From: an uncultured Solirubrobacterales bacterium
GTDB taxonomy: Bacteria; Actinomycetota; Thermoleophilia; Solirubrobacterales; 70-9
Length of the DNA: 64,000 nt
Direction of reading: 5' to 3'
Assembly (NCBI GenBank): GCA_937872475.1
Contig: CALMSY010000025.1
Location: 6,379-70,378, forward strand
Numbering within the stretch: the first letter of the stretch is position 1; every line of letters starts with the position of its first letter. Under the pieces are notes generated by a model, which was not told the DNA's origin, did no database searches, and worked only from the letters and a program-made list of their open reading frames with translations. Of this stretch, positions 46,787 to 55,839 are shown piece after piece. A program made the position numbers and the translations under genes.

Positions 46787-48424
46787 GTGTCCGATCCGAG
46801 CATTGAACGTTTCAGGAAAGTTGTTGCTGCTGCCTACGGTTCCCTGGAAGCCCGTCGGCAGGAAGTCAATGACCTGAACGTATTCCCGGTCGCCGATGGC
46901 GACACCGGGGACAACATGGCCATGACCATGAAGGCGGTCATGGAAGAACTCGACCGGCTGGACAACGGCCAGTCGCTGGACGAAATCGGCCGAACCCAGC
47001 TGGTCTCCGCCCTTGCCCGTGCAGCGCTGATGGGAGCCCGTGGAAATTCGGGCGTGATTCTCAGTCAGATCGTTCGTGGTGCTGCGGAGGAGCTGGCCTC
47101 GCGACCGGGAGAGCTCGTTGATCCGGTTCTGGTCGCGTCAGCGTTTGCCAAGGCCGCCGACGCTGCCTACTCGTCCGTGCGGAACCCCGCCGAAGGAACG
47201 ATGCTCACCGTCTTCCGCGAGATCGCTCATTCCGTTTCCAGCCAGTTGGCCCACATCGAACCGGACCGGCAGCGGCTCTCCCAGGATGCGACGCCGGCCG
47301 AACAGGATCAGGTGCTCGCTGATGTGCTCGAAAAGGCAATCGCCGACGGTCAGGCCGCCGTCGAGCGGACACCGGAACAGCTCGCGGTGCTGGCCGAATC
47401 GGGTGTGGTTGACGCCGGCGGGTACGGGCTGGTGCTGATCCTCGCCGGGGTTCTTGCCGCCCTTCGTGGCGAAGATGCCGATCTGCCGGAAATCCAGCAT
47501 CACTCGGCTGCCCAGATCACCCATCCCGAGCATGAGGACAGCCGCTTTCAGTACTGCACCAACTTCATTGTCTCCGGAACTGGTCTCAGTTCCCGCCAGT
47601 TCATCTTGCGGCTGGAAGAACTGGGGGACTCGGTTCTGGTCGTAGGCGACGAATCGACCCTCAAGGTCCACGTTCACACCGACGACCCGGAGGCAGCGAT
47701 GGATGTCTTCGAGGGGGCCGGGAACGTAACGAACCTCGATGTAGCCGATATGCGAAAGCAGATCGCGGAGCGCGAAGCCAGGATGAGCACAAACCACAAG
47801 ACAGGGGTTGTGGTGGTTGGCAGCGGCGAAGGCCTTGAGGCTCTGTTCGCGGAAATGGGTGCGACCGTCGTGCCCGGTGGTGAGACCCTGAACCCCTCGA
47901 CCGCGGAACTTCTCGCCGGTATCCGGGCCGTGCCTGTAGAGGATGTGCTGGTTCTGCCGAACTCCTCGAATGTGATCATGGCCGCCGAGCGGGCCTGCGG
48001 CCTTTCCGAGAAGCGTGCGGTGGTTTTGCCGACCCGTACCCAGCAGGAGGGGCTGCTTGCCCTGATCGAGTTCAGCGGCGAGGCCGATCTGGACACCAAC
48101 CGGAAGCGGCTGGAGGAAGCGGTCGCCGGCATAACCGTGGGTGGCGTTGCGCCAGCCGGACGGGATGATGCCCAGGGCCGGTTCCGCCGCGGCGACGCGG
48201 TCGGATTCAAGGACGGGGAGATTGTCGCCTGGGGCGGCTCCGGCTCCACTCTGGCTTCGACCATTGAAAGACTCTCATCCGATGCCGAGCTGGTCACCGT
48301 AATCGCCGGGGATGGCGCGCCGATACCTCTGGACCAGATTGGTGACCACAGTCCGAACGGGGTCGAGCTTGAGCTCCACGAGGGCGGGCAGCCGAGCTGG
48401 TGGTGGCTGCTAGCCGCTCAGTGA
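46787..48424 (+). CDS. DAK2-domain fusion protein (YloV-like)
   Basis: It has VFPVADGDTGDNM and RGNSGVILSQ motifs. Its position upstream of recG matches the Gram-positive yloV-recG arrangement. Confidence 0.85.
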   Translation: MSDPSIERFRKVVAAAYGSLEARRQEVNDLNVFPVADGDTGDNMAMTMKAVMEELDRLDNGQSLDEIGRTQLVSALARAALMGARGNSGVILSQIVRGAAEELASRPGELVDPVLVASAFAKAADAAYSSVRNPAEGTMLTVFREIAHSVSSQLAHIEPDRQRLSQDATPAEQDQVLADVLEKAIADGQAAVERTPEQLAVLAESGVVDAGGYGLVLILAGVLAALRGEDADLPEIQHHSAAQITHPEHEDSRFQYCTNFIVSGTGLSSRQFILRLEELGDSVLVVGDESTLKVHVHTDDPEAAMDVFEGAGNVTNLDVADMRKQIAEREARMSTNHKTGVVVVGSGEGLEALFAEMGATVVPGGETLNPSTAELLAGIRAVPVEDVLVLPNSSNVIMAAERACGLSEKRAVVLPTRTQQEGLLALIEFSGEADLDTNRKRLEEAVAGITVGGVAPAGRDDAQGRFRRGDAVGFKDGEIVAWGGSGSTLASTIERLSSDAELVTVIAGDGAPIPLDQIGDHSPNGVELELHEGGQPSWWWLLAAQ

Positions 48425-50637
48425 CCGCGGCAACTCTGCCGTCCACGCCGCCGCCCCGTTTCGGCGGTGGATCTGGCGACCGCCCCGGCCGGGAAGAATT
48501 GCTTGCGGCCGGCATCCGGTGGAGGCAACCTTCGCTCGCAAACCGGGATCTTTCGTTAATTCCCGGAGTCGGCGAAAAGTTCAGGGCCCTGGCATCTGAA
48601 ACAGGAATAGAAACGGTCGGCGACCTGCTCTGGCGGGTTCCAAGAGCCTACGGGCACCGGCCGGGCACCGGTTTTCTGGAGGATCTCGAACCGGGTGAGC
48701 CGGCCGCGGTGGAAGTCCGGATCGTCCGGGCCCGGAAAGTCAGGACGAGGCGGCGCCGGTTCAGTGTGGTCGAGGCAAGGGTCGCCGATGATTCCGGTGC
48801 CCGCAAGGCAGTCTGGTTCAACCAGCCGTGGATGGCTGAGAAGCTGATTGCCGACAGCTATTGGTATCTGGAAGGAAGGATGGAGAAGAACGGCCTGGTG
48901 GTGTCCGCTTCCGAGCCCTTGCAGGGCCAGGCCATCGAAATGCGGGCCGATGAAACCGTTGCCTGGCAGTCAGGCGCTGCCAGGCCACCGGGGCTCGCAG
49001 CAGATGCTCTTCGCTCGGCACATTCCTCGGGTGGCGAGATCGGTCCGGGTCGGTGGCGCCGCTGGTCCTTTGAAGCCTGTCGGCTTGCATCCGGCCTGCC
49101 AGATCCTCTCCCGGCCCGGCTGATGAGGAGAAAAAACGTGCCTGGCCTGAAATTCGCGGGCTTGACCGAGTCTTTCCGTGAAGCCCACTTTCCAGCCGGC
49201 GAAGAGCGAGCCGGGACGGCGCTGAGGCGGCTTGCCTATCAGGAACTGCTGGAAAGCCAGGTTCGGATCCGGGAACGGAGACTCAGGCACAGACAAAGGG
49301 CGGGCGGGGCAGAGCAACTGGACGGGGGAAGCGGGCTCGCTTCGAAGTGGCTCGCGAACCTGCCCTTCGACCCGACCAGTGACCAGCGGAATGCGATTGC
49401 GACGATCAGTAGTGAGATCTCGGGGACCGAACCGATGGGCAGGCTACTGATGGGGGAAGTTGGTTCCGGCAAGACTGTGGTCGCGATCCACGCGATGCTG
49501 GAAACGGTCGGAAGCGGCGCCCAGGCAGCATTCATGGCTCCGACCGAGGTGCTGGCCGGGCAACACTTTGCGACCCTCGCGGCCCTGCTCGAAGGAACCG
49601 GCGTGAAGGTAGCTCTGCTGACCGGTTCGACCCGTCCAGCCGAGCGGGCCGGTCTGCTGGCCGGTCTCGCGGAGGGTGAAATCGCAATCCTGGTCGGTAC
49701 CCATGCGCTGCTGGAGCAACCGGTCCGTTTCAGGCGGCTTGGCCTCGCCGTAGTCGATGAAGAGCATCGCTTTGGAGTCAGGCAGCGGGGAGGATTCGAC
49801 CGGAAGGCTCCTCCGGGGCAGGGGATTCATCTGCTTCACATGTCGGCAACCCCGATTCCCCGGACCCTTGCCCTCACCGAATACGGTGACCTGGATGTGA
49901 CGACGCTCAGGGAACTTCCTGCCGGCCGGGTTCCGGTGACAACCGAGGTCTATTCCGAGGCACGGCGATCCGAAGCATTCGATCTTCTGCGGACGGAACT
50001 GGACCGGGGCAGACAGGCCTTCATCGTCTGCCCGCTGGTCGAGGAATCGCCGATGGTCGAGGGCAGGGCGGCCGCGGCCGAGGCAGAGCGTCTCTCCGAC
50101 GGTGAGCTGGCCGGCTATGAGGTGGGTCTGCTGCACGGCCAGATGAAGCCGGCCCAGAAGGAGGTTGCCATGGCTGCTTTTGCCGACGGGCGAATCGATG
50201 TGCTGGTTGCGACCACGGTGATCGAGGTAGGGATCGATGTTCCGAACGCGACCGTAATGGTGATCGAAGGGGCCGACCGTTTTGGCCTCTCCCAGCTCCA
50301 CCAGTTGCGGGGCCGGATCGGCCGAGGTGTTCACGGAGGCAGCTGCTTGTTGTTCAGCCAGAGTTCGGGTCCCCGGGCAGCAAGGCGGCTCGGGGCGCTG
50401 GCCTCCACCAGTGATGGCTTCAAGCTGGCCGAACTGGACCTTGAAATGAGGGGAGAGGGCGAAGTCGCCGGCACCCGCCAGCATGGCCTGCCACGGTTCC
50501 GGGTAGCTGCGCTGCCCCGCGACATCGAACTTCTCGAAACTGCCCGGCAGGATCTCGCCTCAATGGATGAACTGGAACTGGAACTGCTGAGCGCATCAAT
50601 CGGTCCCGGGGAAGCCGGGGAGGAGGCAGCGGCATGA
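48421..50637 (+). CDS. recG: ATP-dependent DNA helicase RecG
   Basis: It has Walker A GEVGSGKT, DEEHRFGV, and the helicase C motif QLHQLRGRIGRG. GTG 48421 overlaps the upstream stop. Confidence 0.92.
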   Translation: MTAATLPSTPPPRFGGGSGDRPGREELLAAGIRWRQPSLANRDLSLIPGVGEKFRALASETGIETVGDLLWRVPRAYGHRPGTGFLEDLEPGEPAAVEVRIVRARKVRTRRRRFSVVEARVADDSGARKAVWFNQPWMAEKLIADSYWYLEGRMEKNGLVVSASEPLQGQAIEMRADETVAWQSGAARPPGLAADALRSAHSSGGEIGPGRWRRWSFEACRLASGLPDPLPARLMRRKNVPGLKFAGLTESFREAHFPAGEERAGTALRRLAYQELLESQVRIRERRLRHRQRAGGAEQLDGGSGLASKWLANLPFDPTSDQRNAIATISSEISGTEPMGRLLMGEVGSGKTVVAIHAMLETVGSGAQAAFMAPTEVLAGQHFATLAALLEGTGVKVALLTGSTRPAERAGLLAGLAEGEIAILVGTHALLEQPVRFRRLGLAVVDEEHRFGVRQRGGFDRKAPPGQGIHLLHMSATPIPRTLALTEYGDLDVTTLRELPAGRVPVTTEVYSEARRSEAFDLLRTELDRGRQAFIVCPLVEESPMVEGRAAAAEAERLSDGELAGYEVGLLHGQMKPAQKEVAMAAFADGRIDVLVATTVIEVGIDVPNATVMVIEGADRFGLSQLHQLRGRIGRGVHGGSCLLFSQSSGPRAARRLGALASTSDGFKLAELDLEMRGEGEVAGTRQHGLPRFRVAALPRDIELLETARQDLASMDELELELLSASIGPGEAGEEAAA

Positions 50638-51191
50638 GGGTTATTTCGGGCCGCCTCGGCGGGCGGCAACTGCTGGCCCCGAAAGGCTGGAAGGTTCGGC
50701 CGACTTCGGAACGGGTGCGCGAGGCGATCTTCTCCGCGCTCGGAGACGTGGAGGGAATGAAAGTGCTCGACCTCTACTGCGGGACCGGCGCCCTGGGTAT
50801 CGAATCTATCTCGCGCGGGGCCGCCTCGGCGGTGCTGGTTGACCGGGACACCAGGCCGGCGATGGGCAACGTTCACAACCTCGGTTTGACCGGGGAGATC
50901 GAACTGATCAGGGCTGAATCAACCGACTGGATCACCCTGGCCCCGGCGGGCGCCTTTGACCTCGTTTTTCTGGATCCGCCCTACCGGACGGCGACACAGG
51001 TGGCGGAACTGCTGGACCCGCAACTGGGCCGGTTGCTCACGCCGGGTGGCCGGGTTGTGGCTGAATCCGACAATAGGGGACCGCTGGAATTTCCATCCCT
51101 CGACATGGTGCGTGAGCGACGCTATGGACGCACGGTGGTTACATTCCACCGAGCCCCGTCCCCGTCCCAGGAAAAAACGCCAGCCGAATGA
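50634..51191 (+). CDS. rsmD: 16S rRNA (guanine966-N2)-methyltransferase RsmD
   Basis: It has MRVISGRLGGRQL, RPTSERVREAIFS and DPPY. An ATGA overlap lies on each side. Confidence 0.85.
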   Translation: MRVISGRLGGRQLLAPKGWKVRPTSERVREAIFSALGDVEGMKVLDLYCGTGALGIESISRGAASAVLVDRDTRPAMGNVHNLGLTGEIELIRAESTDWITLAPAGAFDLVFLDPPYRTATQVAELLDPQLGRLLTPGGRVVAESDNRGPLEFPSLDMVRERRYGRTVVTFHRAPSPSQEKTPAE

Positions 51192-51691
51192 ACGAGAAAG
51201 CCGAGAAAGTCGTTGTCTGCCCGGGAAGCTACGACCCGGTGACCAACGGTCACCTCGACATCATCAGCCGAGCCTCCCGGACCTTTGACAGGGTCGTGGT
51301 TGGCGTCGTGAACCAGCCCATCCGCAAGAAGAAGACTCTCTTCACGGTCGAGGAGCGAATCGCTTTCATCGAGGATGCCACCGTCCACCTGGGCAACATC
51401 GAGGTCCAGGCCTTCTACACGCTGCTGGTCGAATTCGCAAGAAAGAACGGTGCCCAGGCGATAGTCAAGGGGCTCAGGGCGATTTCCGACTTCGAATACG
51501 AGAACGAAATGGCCCAGCTGAATTCGAAGCTCGATCCGGAGATCGAAAGCATCTACGTTTTTGCCCGCCCCGAGTACAGCTTCCTTTCTTCGACCGGTGT
51601 AAAGGAAATGGCAACCTTCAACGGTGACGTGAGTGATCTGGTGCCGGCACCGGTTGCCTCCGCTCTGGCGGATAGACTGGGTCGCAGTTAG
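51188..51691 (+). CDS. coaD: Phosphopantetheine adenylyltransferase
   Basis: It carries the motif PGSYDPVTNGHLDII. Confidence 0.93.
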   Translation: MNEKAEKVVVCPGSYDPVTNGHLDIISRASRTFDRVVVGVVNQPIRKKKTLFTVEERIAFIEDATVHLGNIEVQAFYTLLVEFARKNGAQAIVKGLRAISDFEYENEMAQLNSKLDPEIESIYVFARPEYSFLSSTGVKEMATFNGDVSDLVPAPVASALADRLGRS

Positions 51692-51796
51692 TGTCATTCG
51701 GGCACAAACAAGGAATGGGAGATTCCATGCAGAATCTTCACCATATGAGCACTTATCCCCCGCAAAACCACCGAGACGCATAGGGTTACGCATCGC

Positions 51797-52267
51797 ATGG
51801 ATGTCCTCGTTCTCATAGACAAGCTCGATGACCTCGTCCACAACGCACGCCCGGTCCCGCTCACGGATCAGGTTCGTGTTGATCGCGAGGAAATCTACGA
51901 CCTGCTCGATCAGATGCGTGCCACGATCCCGGAGGAGATCAAGCAGGCCCGGTGGATCGTCAAGGAGCGGCAGGAGATGCTTGAGGAGGCCAAGCGGGAA
52001 TCAGAGCGCGTGGTCCGCGAAGCGCGTGAGCAGCAGGCCCGGCTGGTTTCCGATGAGGAAGTTACGAAGCAGGCCGAAAGGGCAGCCGACGAAATCGTCG
52101 AGGATGCGAGGGCCCGCGAGCGCGAGATACGCCTTGGTGCCGAGGACTACGCCGACGAAATCCTCAACACACTTGAGGTCAACCTCCAGAAGTTCACCGC
52201 TGCGGTTCAGCGAGGCCGGGACAGGCTTGCGGGACGCGACGAGCCCCTGGACGAAATCGAGGAGTAG
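51797..52267 (+). CDS. Charged coiled-coil protein of unknown function (ATPase subunit-b/H-like heptad region)
   Basis: The 156-aa protein is E/R/A-rich after a conserved-looking N-terminus (LIDKLDDLVHNARPVPLTDQVRVDREEIYDLLDQMR). It is preceded by an AT-richer spacer. Confidence 0.6.
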   Translation: MDVLVLIDKLDDLVHNARPVPLTDQVRVDREEIYDLLDQMRATIPEEIKQARWIVKERQEMLEEAKRESERVVREAREQQARLVSDEEVTKQAERAADEIVEDARAREREIRLGAEDYADEILNTLEVNLQKFTAAVQRGRDRLAGRDEPLDEIEE

Positions 52268-52346
52268 CCGCGAGGCATCCGGTTTTCGCCGGTTGCTGCC
52301 GAAGCCCGCTTTTCCCGAGGGCAGCCAGAGCCCTGGAGTGACCTGT

Positions 52347-52883
52347 TCAGCGGTAGTCGGCGAAAATGACTACGAGATCGTCTTTCGACCAGACGATTTC
52401 GCCCCCACACCAGTTGGCGAGTTCTTCGCCAGTGTCCGGGTAGGCATCGCCGGGAACTTCGGTTTCGCCCCGGTTGTCCCCGAGCGACACGAAATCACCT
52501 ATCACCAGGGCCTTTGACTGCTCCCGTACCCGGCGAAACAGGGAAAGCTTCTGCGCGTCGGTCAGGCGATGGACCGAAAGTACAGACAGAATCAGGTCCC
52601 AGGGTCCATCCGGGAGAGGGTCTTCCATCCGGGCGAGACTCACCTCATGTGCGATCTCCCTCGCCTTGAAGAGCATGTCAGGGTCCGAATCAAGTCCGGT
52701 GATCCTCACTTGCGGAAAGCGGCTGACCAGGCGGGACGCGGTTTCTCCGGTCCCGATTCCGAGCTCAAGCACCTCGGCCGGCTCGAAGGGGATGGCTTCC
52801 ACAGCTGCTTGCTGGAGCTCGTCGTAGTGCGGAACCTGGGTCCGGACCGTGTCGAGATAAGAGGATTCGTCAGAGGTGCTCAT
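52347..52883 (-). CDS. Class I SAM-dependent methyltransferase
   Basis: It has SAM motif I VLELGIGTGETASRL. It is the only minus-strand gene in this stretch. Confidence 0.7.
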   Translation of the reverse strand: MSTSDESSYLDTVRTQVPHYDELQQAAVEAIPFEPAEVLELGIGTGETASRLVSRFPQVRITGLDSDPDMLFKAREIAHEVSLARMEDPLPDGPWDLILSVLSVHRLTDAQKLSLFRRVREQSKALVIGDFVSLGDNRGETEVPGDAYPDTGEELANWCGGEIVWSKDDLVVIFADYR

Positions 52884-52919
52884 TCAGGCCATCGTATTCG
52901 TCTGCCATGCTGGAAAGAG

Positions 52920-53489
52920 ATGCTGATCGAAAAGGTTGATCTTGACGCCCTCGGGCTTGCCTACGGAGATGCGACCCGAATCACCGGTGAAGTGGCACCG
53001 GCACAGGTCTCTCTTGGCGGGCAGGACTATGAACCGGTCCCGGCCGAGCCGGGGTTCCTGCTTGATGTGTCCCGGACCAGTGCGGGCTACGCCCTGCGGC
53101 TCCGCTTCGAGGTCGGCCTGGTCGGTCCCTGCTTCCGCTGTCTCGAGGAGGCAAGGGCTGATGTTCGAGTTGATGCCCGGGAGGTGGACCAGCCGGTCGA
53201 ACCGATCGCGGTCCAGGGTGCGGGACGGGTCAGGCCCGACGAGGAAGACGAAGATGAGTCAAGCGCGGCCGAATTGAGCAGTCCTTACGTGGAAGAGGGC
53301 ACACTTGATGTCTCGGCCTGGACCCACGATGCGTTGATCCTTTCGTTGCCCGAGCAGATTCTCTGCCGCCCGAATTGCCTCGGTCTCTGTCAGGTCTGTG
53401 GGGATTCCCTGAATGATGCTGACCCGGCCGACCATGACCACGGTCAGAACATTGATCCCCGCTGGGCGAAGCTTCGCGATCTGCAGTAG
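52920..53489 (+). CDS. yceD: YceD/DUF177 family protein (large-subunit ribosomal accumulation protein)
   Basis: It has Cys motifs CFRCLEE and CRPNCLGLCQVCG and lies immediately upstream of rpmF. ATG 52920 avoids an overlap with the methyltransferase gene. Confidence 0.8.
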   Translation: MLIEKVDLDALGLAYGDATRITGEVAPAQVSLGGQDYEPVPAEPGFLLDVSRTSAGYALRLRFEVGLVGPCFRCLEEARADVRVDAREVDQPVEPIAVQGAGRVRPDEEDEDESSAAELSSPYVEEGTLDVSAWTHDALILSLPEQILCRPNCLGLCQVCGDSLNDADPADHDHGQNIDPRWAKLRDLQ

Positions 53490-53502
53490 ACTGCTGCGTC
53501 TT

Positions 53503-53709
53503 ATGGCCGTACCGAAGAAACGAACCTCAAGGACCCGCCGGGACAAGCGACGCGCCACCCACAAGGCCGCCAAGGCCCGCGTCAATCACTGTCCGCAGTG
53601 CCACAGCCCGCGGCTTCCGCATCGGGTCTGCCCGAACTGTGGACAGTACAAGGGCCGTGAGGTTGTCGCTCCCAAAGAGCAGCCTTTCGGCGCCGTCACC
53701 CCCGAATAG
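53503..53709 (+). CDS. rpmF: 50S ribosomal protein L32 (zinc-ribbon form)
   Basis: It begins MAVPKKRTSRTRRDKRR and carries CPQC...CPNCG. Confidence 0.92.
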   Translation: MAVPKKRTSRTRRDKRRATHKAAKARVNHCPQCHSPRLPHRVCPNCGQYKGREVVAPKEQPFGAVTPE

Positions 53710-53719
53710 CGGGTAGGCG

Positions 53720-54745
53720 TTGGATCTCGGTGGGACCGCGGTCGCGCTTGATGGGTTTGGTGTAGAAGCCGGCTTTGATGTGCTGGCCGCCGGTGTCCGG
53801 CTTGCGGCCGCTGATGGAATCAGGTTGAGGGTTTTCGGGCCCTCCTCAGAGATCGACCTCGACGGCGTCGAAGGAGTCGAGTTGATCGATACCACCGATC
53901 AGGTGTCAAACGAAGATGATCCGGTCGCTGCTGTGCGGGGCCGGCCCGAGTCTTCGATAGTGAGGGCGGTTGCCGACGTTGCGGCCGGAAACTCGGAGGC
54001 GGTGGTCAGTTGCGGGTCGACCGGGGCCACCTTGGCAGCTTCGCTTTTCGGTTTGAAACGCTCTCGCGGTGTGAAGCGACCGGCGCTCGCCGCCCAGGTT
54101 CCGCTGCCGGGCCGCACCGTGGTGTTTCTGGACGTCGGAGCCAACGTGGACGTAAGGGCCCAGCATCTGATCCAGTTTGCCTGGCTTGGAGCTGCCTTCT
54201 CGAAGTCGGTCCTGGGCGTTCGGCGCCCCGAGGTCGGCCTGCTTTCGGTTGGCGAAGAGGCCGGCAAGGGCAGGGCCGAGGTGGTTGAGGCCCACGAAGC
54301 ACTGACCCGGGCGAAGGAGTTCGACTTCATCGGCAACGTCGAGGGTCGGGACGTTCCCGCCGCTGTAGCCGACGTGGTTGTAACCGACGGCTTTACCGGG
54401 AACGTGGTGCTGAAGGCGATGGAAGGGACGGTCAAGACGGTGGTCGGCGCGATTTCCGATGCGGCTCGCAGGAACCCGCTTTCTGCGGCCGGAGGCCTGA
54501 TGCTGAAACCGGCGCTCGGCGGTCTGAAGCGGGAACTTCATCCGGATACGACTGGTGGGGCCATTTTGCTCGGGTTGCGGAAAACCGCGGTAGTAGGTCA
54601 TGGCAGCTCCGGCGCTGAAGGGGTTGCGAATGCAGTCCGTGTGGCGGCCCGTTCTGCCCGTGTGGACGTTCCCGGCTTGACCGAGGAGTTGCTTCATCGG
54701 GTCGGAGCCAACCGTGGATCGATCGAATCCGGCGGGGACGTCTGA
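53720..54745 (+). CDS. plsX: Phosphate acyltransferase PlsX
   Basis: It has LDVGANVD, VVTDGFTGNV and GHGSS motifs. The TTG start sits in the rpmF-plsX-acpP order. Confidence 0.9.
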   Translation: MDLGGTAVALDGFGVEAGFDVLAAGVRLAAADGIRLRVFGPSSEIDLDGVEGVELIDTTDQVSNEDDPVAAVRGRPESSIVRAVADVAAGNSEAVVSCGSTGATLAASLFGLKRSRGVKRPALAAQVPLPGRTVVFLDVGANVDVRAQHLIQFAWLGAAFSKSVLGVRRPEVGLLSVGEEAGKGRAEVVEAHEALTRAKEFDFIGNVEGRDVPAAVADVVVTDGFTGNVVLKAMEGTVKTVVGAISDAARRNPLSAAGGLMLKPALGGLKRELHPDTTGGAILLGLRKTAVVGHGSSGAEGVANAVRVAARSARVDVPGLTEELLHRVGANRGSIESGGDV

Positions 54746-54758
54746 TAGGAAACATGTG

Positions 54759-55004
54759 ATGAATCGTGACGATGTCATGGAACTGGTCCGCACTCATCTC
54801 GCAGCGGAACTGGAGATCTCACCCGACCGGATTCAGGAGGAGACCCGCTTCAAGGATGATCTCGACGCGGATTCTCTTGACCTCCAGGTGCTGGTCATGG
54901 AACTCCAGGACGAATATGGAATCGTGATCTCCGAGCAGGAGGGAACAACGATCAAGAACGTGAAGGATGCCGTTGACTTTGTCCTGGCTAAGACGGGCGC
55001 GTGA
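54759..55004 (+). CDS. acpP: Acyl carrier protein
   Basis: The phosphopantetheine attachment motif is DLDADSLDLQ. Confidence 0.92.
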   Translation: MNRDDVMELVRTHLAAELEISPDRIQEETRFKDDLDADSLDLQVLVMELQDEYGIVISEQEGTTIKNVKDAVDFVLAKTGA

Positions 55005-55731
55005 CCGGGACGCAGAACTGGAATCGACCACTGCCAACGGCAGCGGCCTCTCTGACAACACCGGTCTTCGCCAACTGATCGAAGGTCTCCCGGAGCAGCT
55101 GCGAAAGGAAGCCCTGACCCATTCTTCGTGGGCGACGCAACGGACCGGCTCCTACGAGCGGCTGGCCCTGCTCGGCGATGCGGTGCTCGGCCTTTCGGTA
55201 GTGGATGAACTTCAGCGGACTTTGCCGGACCTGAGCGCCGGAGCGCTGACCAAGATTCTCAATCAGACGGTCAGCGGCAAGGCTTGCGCGGAGGTCGGGC
55301 GGGAGCTGGGAGTCCCCGAGATGCTGCTCGCAGCTGATCCTTCCGAAGTTGATGGAAAGCAGACCCCCGCCCGGTTGCTGCTGGAGGGGGAGCGTCCCCT
55401 GCCGGAAATCACCGAAGCAATGATCGGTGCCTGCCACGTCCATTACGGGTTTACGGTGACATCGAACGCCGTGACCGGAGCTTTCCGGCCCCGTATGGAG
55501 GCGGTGCAGGAAACACAGTTCGATTTCAAGTCCGCCCTGCAGGAGGCAGCCGCCAGGAAGGGCGAGACGGTCAGCTACGTGGTGGCCGGTTCGAGCGGGC
55601 CGGCCCATCAGCGGACCTATGAGGTGGTGGTCATCTATCGAGACGAGGAGATCGGCAGGGGTGAAGGGCGAAGCAAGAAGGCGGCCGGCCAGGCTGCCGC
55701 TGAACTCGCCCTGCGTCACCTTGCCGGCTGA
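54967..55731 (+). CDS. rnc: Ribonuclease III
   Basis: It has an RNase III signature (ERLALLGDAVLGL) and a C-terminal dsRBD (GEGRSKKAAGQAAAELAL). The only in-frame ATG/TTG starts (54967, 54973, 54979) lie inside acpP, so a 26-38-nt overlap is forced. Confidence 0.88.
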   Translation: MPLTLSWLRRARDRDAELESTTANGSGLSDNTGLRQLIEGLPEQLRKEALTHSSWATQRTGSYERLALLGDAVLGLSVVDELQRTLPDLSAGALTKILNQTVSGKACAEVGRELGVPEMLLAADPSEVDGKQTPARLLLEGERPLPEITEAMIGACHVHYGFTVTSNAVTGAFRPRMEAVQETQFDFKSALQEAAARKGETVSYVVAGSSGPAHQRTYEVVVIYRDEEIGRGEGRSKKAAGQAAAELALRHLAG

Positions 55732-55839
55732 TTTCCCCTGCACTTTGCGGACTTCAGGTATTTCCAGTCAGAGCGCGGCTTTCAGCGGATGGCGACCGGA
55801 GTTGCCTCCGTCCGGCGGAACCGGCAATCTGTAGTTCAC

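Noticed and set aside
49444-50484. 346-aa minus-strand ORF antisense to recG, plus similar shadows at 4115-5041, 7220-8119, 15170-15967, 16947-17603, 18286-19251, 27386-28435 and 53906-54793
   Set aside because: All lie opposite genes with strong family motifs and have low-complexity, R/G/P-biased translations. They are interpreted as GC-driven spurious ORFs.
52569-52919. Long N-terminal extension of the YceD ORF (start 52569)
   Set aside because: It overlaps the minus-strand SAM methyltransferase, which has a clear motif I. The DUF177-like sequence begins at ATG 52920.
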